Origin: Mobula hypostoma
Taxonomy: Eukaryota
Direction: 5' to 3'
Assembly (NCBI RefSeq): GCF_963921235.1
Contig: NC_086097.1
Location: 90,584,001-90,648,000 of the forward strand
DNA length: 64,000 bases
Below the pieces are notes generated by a model. That model worked only from the letters and a program-made list of their open reading frames with translations. It had not been told where the DNA came from and searched no databases. Every line of letters starts with the position of its first letter. Position 1 is the stretch's first letter. Positions 62,410 to 64,000 of the stretch are shown here, piece by piece. The translations under genes and the position numbers were made by a program.

Positions 62410-63089
62410 TATTCATTGGGTAAAGAAGATTTTTGTCATTTAGTCAGTCTATATTTTTGTCTCCACCTTTAAGTCCATTTCTGCCCCTCCGCCCACTGTT
62501 CTCTGGCTCATTTGCAATGGGAATAGCTTCCCTTCGTATAATTTAGTTGTGATCTTATAGAACCTTACCAGCTCTTCTCTCAGTCTCCTTTGCTCCAAAG
62601 CAAACATTTCCAGCTGTATCTCCAGTCTAACCTTACAGGTGAATTCCCTTTTCCCCGAAACCATCCTGGTAAGCCTCTTCCTTCAGTTTCCGGCTCAGTG
62701 TAAGAAGGTTATGAAGAGACTTGGAGTTTCCATTAACTATCAAAACCCAAACTGAGGGCTATACCTTGTATTGCCTTCAGCTTCAAGTTTTCTATTCAAG
62801 AATTTACCTTGCAACAGCAGTAAGAGAGGGAGCAGAGGTAGTGAAAAGAATGGATAGTGAGAAACTTTTCCCTGTAATAGAGATGCTTAAAACGGGAGGA
62901 TTTAAGTTTTGGGTGAGGTTAGAGGGGATTTAAAGAAAAGGTTTTTCATCCAAAGGTGGCTGCAGTCTGCAGTGCATCTCCTGAGAAGATGGTGGCGGCA
63001 AGTACTCTCATAATTTAGATGTAGAGATGAGTGACATAGAAGGCTACATACCAAGTGCTGGTAAATGGTACTTTGTAAATGGCTGGTAA

Positions 63090-63400
63090 TTCTTACCCCT
63101 TCTCCTCACTTGCCAATCACCTTCCCCTGGTGCTCCCCCTTCTTTCCTTTCTTCCATCGTCCCCTCTCTTTTCCTATCAGATTCCTTCTTCTGCAGCCCT
63201 TTACCTTTCCCACTCACCTGCTACACCTATCACCATCTAGGTAGTCCTCCTTCCCCTCCTCCCGTCTTGTTATTCTGGCATCTCCCCTCTACCTTCCCAG
63301 TACTGAAGAAGGGTCTCGGCCTGAAATGTCGACTGCTTATTCATTTCCATAGATGCTGCCTGACCTGCTGCGTTCCTCCTGCAATTTATGTGTGCTGCTC
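63090..63400 (+). mobile_element. Penelope pLTR remnant with hammerhead-like motif (63298-63335)
   Basis: CAGTA-CTGAAGA-A-GGGTCTCGGCCT-GAAAT-GTC-GACTG followed by GATGCTGCCTGACCTGCTG. Confidence 0.78.
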
Positions 63401-63779
63401 TGGGGTTAGTATAGATGGTCGGCATCGATATGTTGGGCCGGAGGGTCATTTTCTGTGCTGCATGGCTCTGTTTCTATACCAAGTGGAGCCTGTTGGAAAC
63501 ATACTCACATTTCCCTTTGAGAACACAATGCAAGAAATGGTCCTTCAGCAGATTGCCAGCAGTGCAAAATGTAGAGCTGCCTAGCAGTGGTGCCAGCTGT
63601 CAATTAGTTTCTACAGTCCCAAAGCAATCTGTGGTCAGGCATTCTGATTATGATGTGCATTGCTACATTTCATTCAAGTTAATCATTTATACGGTGATCG
63701 GCTTTCACTGCGTTACCCCTTGTGATTTAAGGTCCAAATCAACAGAATAATTAACAAAATTCTTTTGGTTGGTTCTAGA

Positions 63780-64000
63780 ATGTTTTGAGCAGCAGGAAAG
63801 ATGTAAATAAAGTTGAAAGGCTACAGAGAAAATTTACAAAGATGTTGCTGGGACTGATAAGTTATAAGGAAAGATGGAATAGGTTAGGACTTTATTCTTT
63901 GGAGCATTGAAGATTGAGGGGAAATTTGATGGAAGTATACACAATTATGAGAGGTATTGATAAGGTAAATGCAAGCAGGCTTTTTCCACTGAGGTTGAGT
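63780..64000 (+). mobile_element. CR1 3' region remnant running off the window
   Basis: LQRKFTKML.GL…SYKER..RLGLYSLE..RLRG homology. Confidence 0.75.

Overview
Vertebrate genomic DNA, not prokaryotic. The repeat content (HE1/V-SINE-like SINEs, CR1, Rex1/Babar, Penelope, Mag-like and chromodomain Gypsy) suggests a cartilaginous fish, probably a ray; this is an inference. Bases 1 to ~20180 are a GC- and CpG-rich tandem array of a 37-bp monomer (GAGCTCCAAGAACCCAAGCCTCGAGGATCCCGCGGCC) with 42- and 50-bp variants arranged in kb-scale higher-order units. All long ORFs there arise because the monomer has no stop codon in any frame. The array grades into what looks like the 3' end of an LTR (…GCATTTGGGTCC…TGTGACA, 20583), so it may have expanded inside an LTR. 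The rest is mostly transposon remnants: an internally deleted chromovirus, a four-level nested insertion in a Mag-like Gypsy pol, three large CR1 LINEs (one with an uninterrupted 699-aa RT frame), Rex1/Babar fragments, Penelope pLTRs with hammerhead-ribozyme motifs, mariner/Tc1/hAT MITEs and solo LTRs. A few non-repetitive islands remain, including a duplicated enhancer-like element and weak exon candidates. No host protein-coding gene, CRISPR array or structural RNA gene could be supported. Coordinates were read by eye and most boundaries are approximate.
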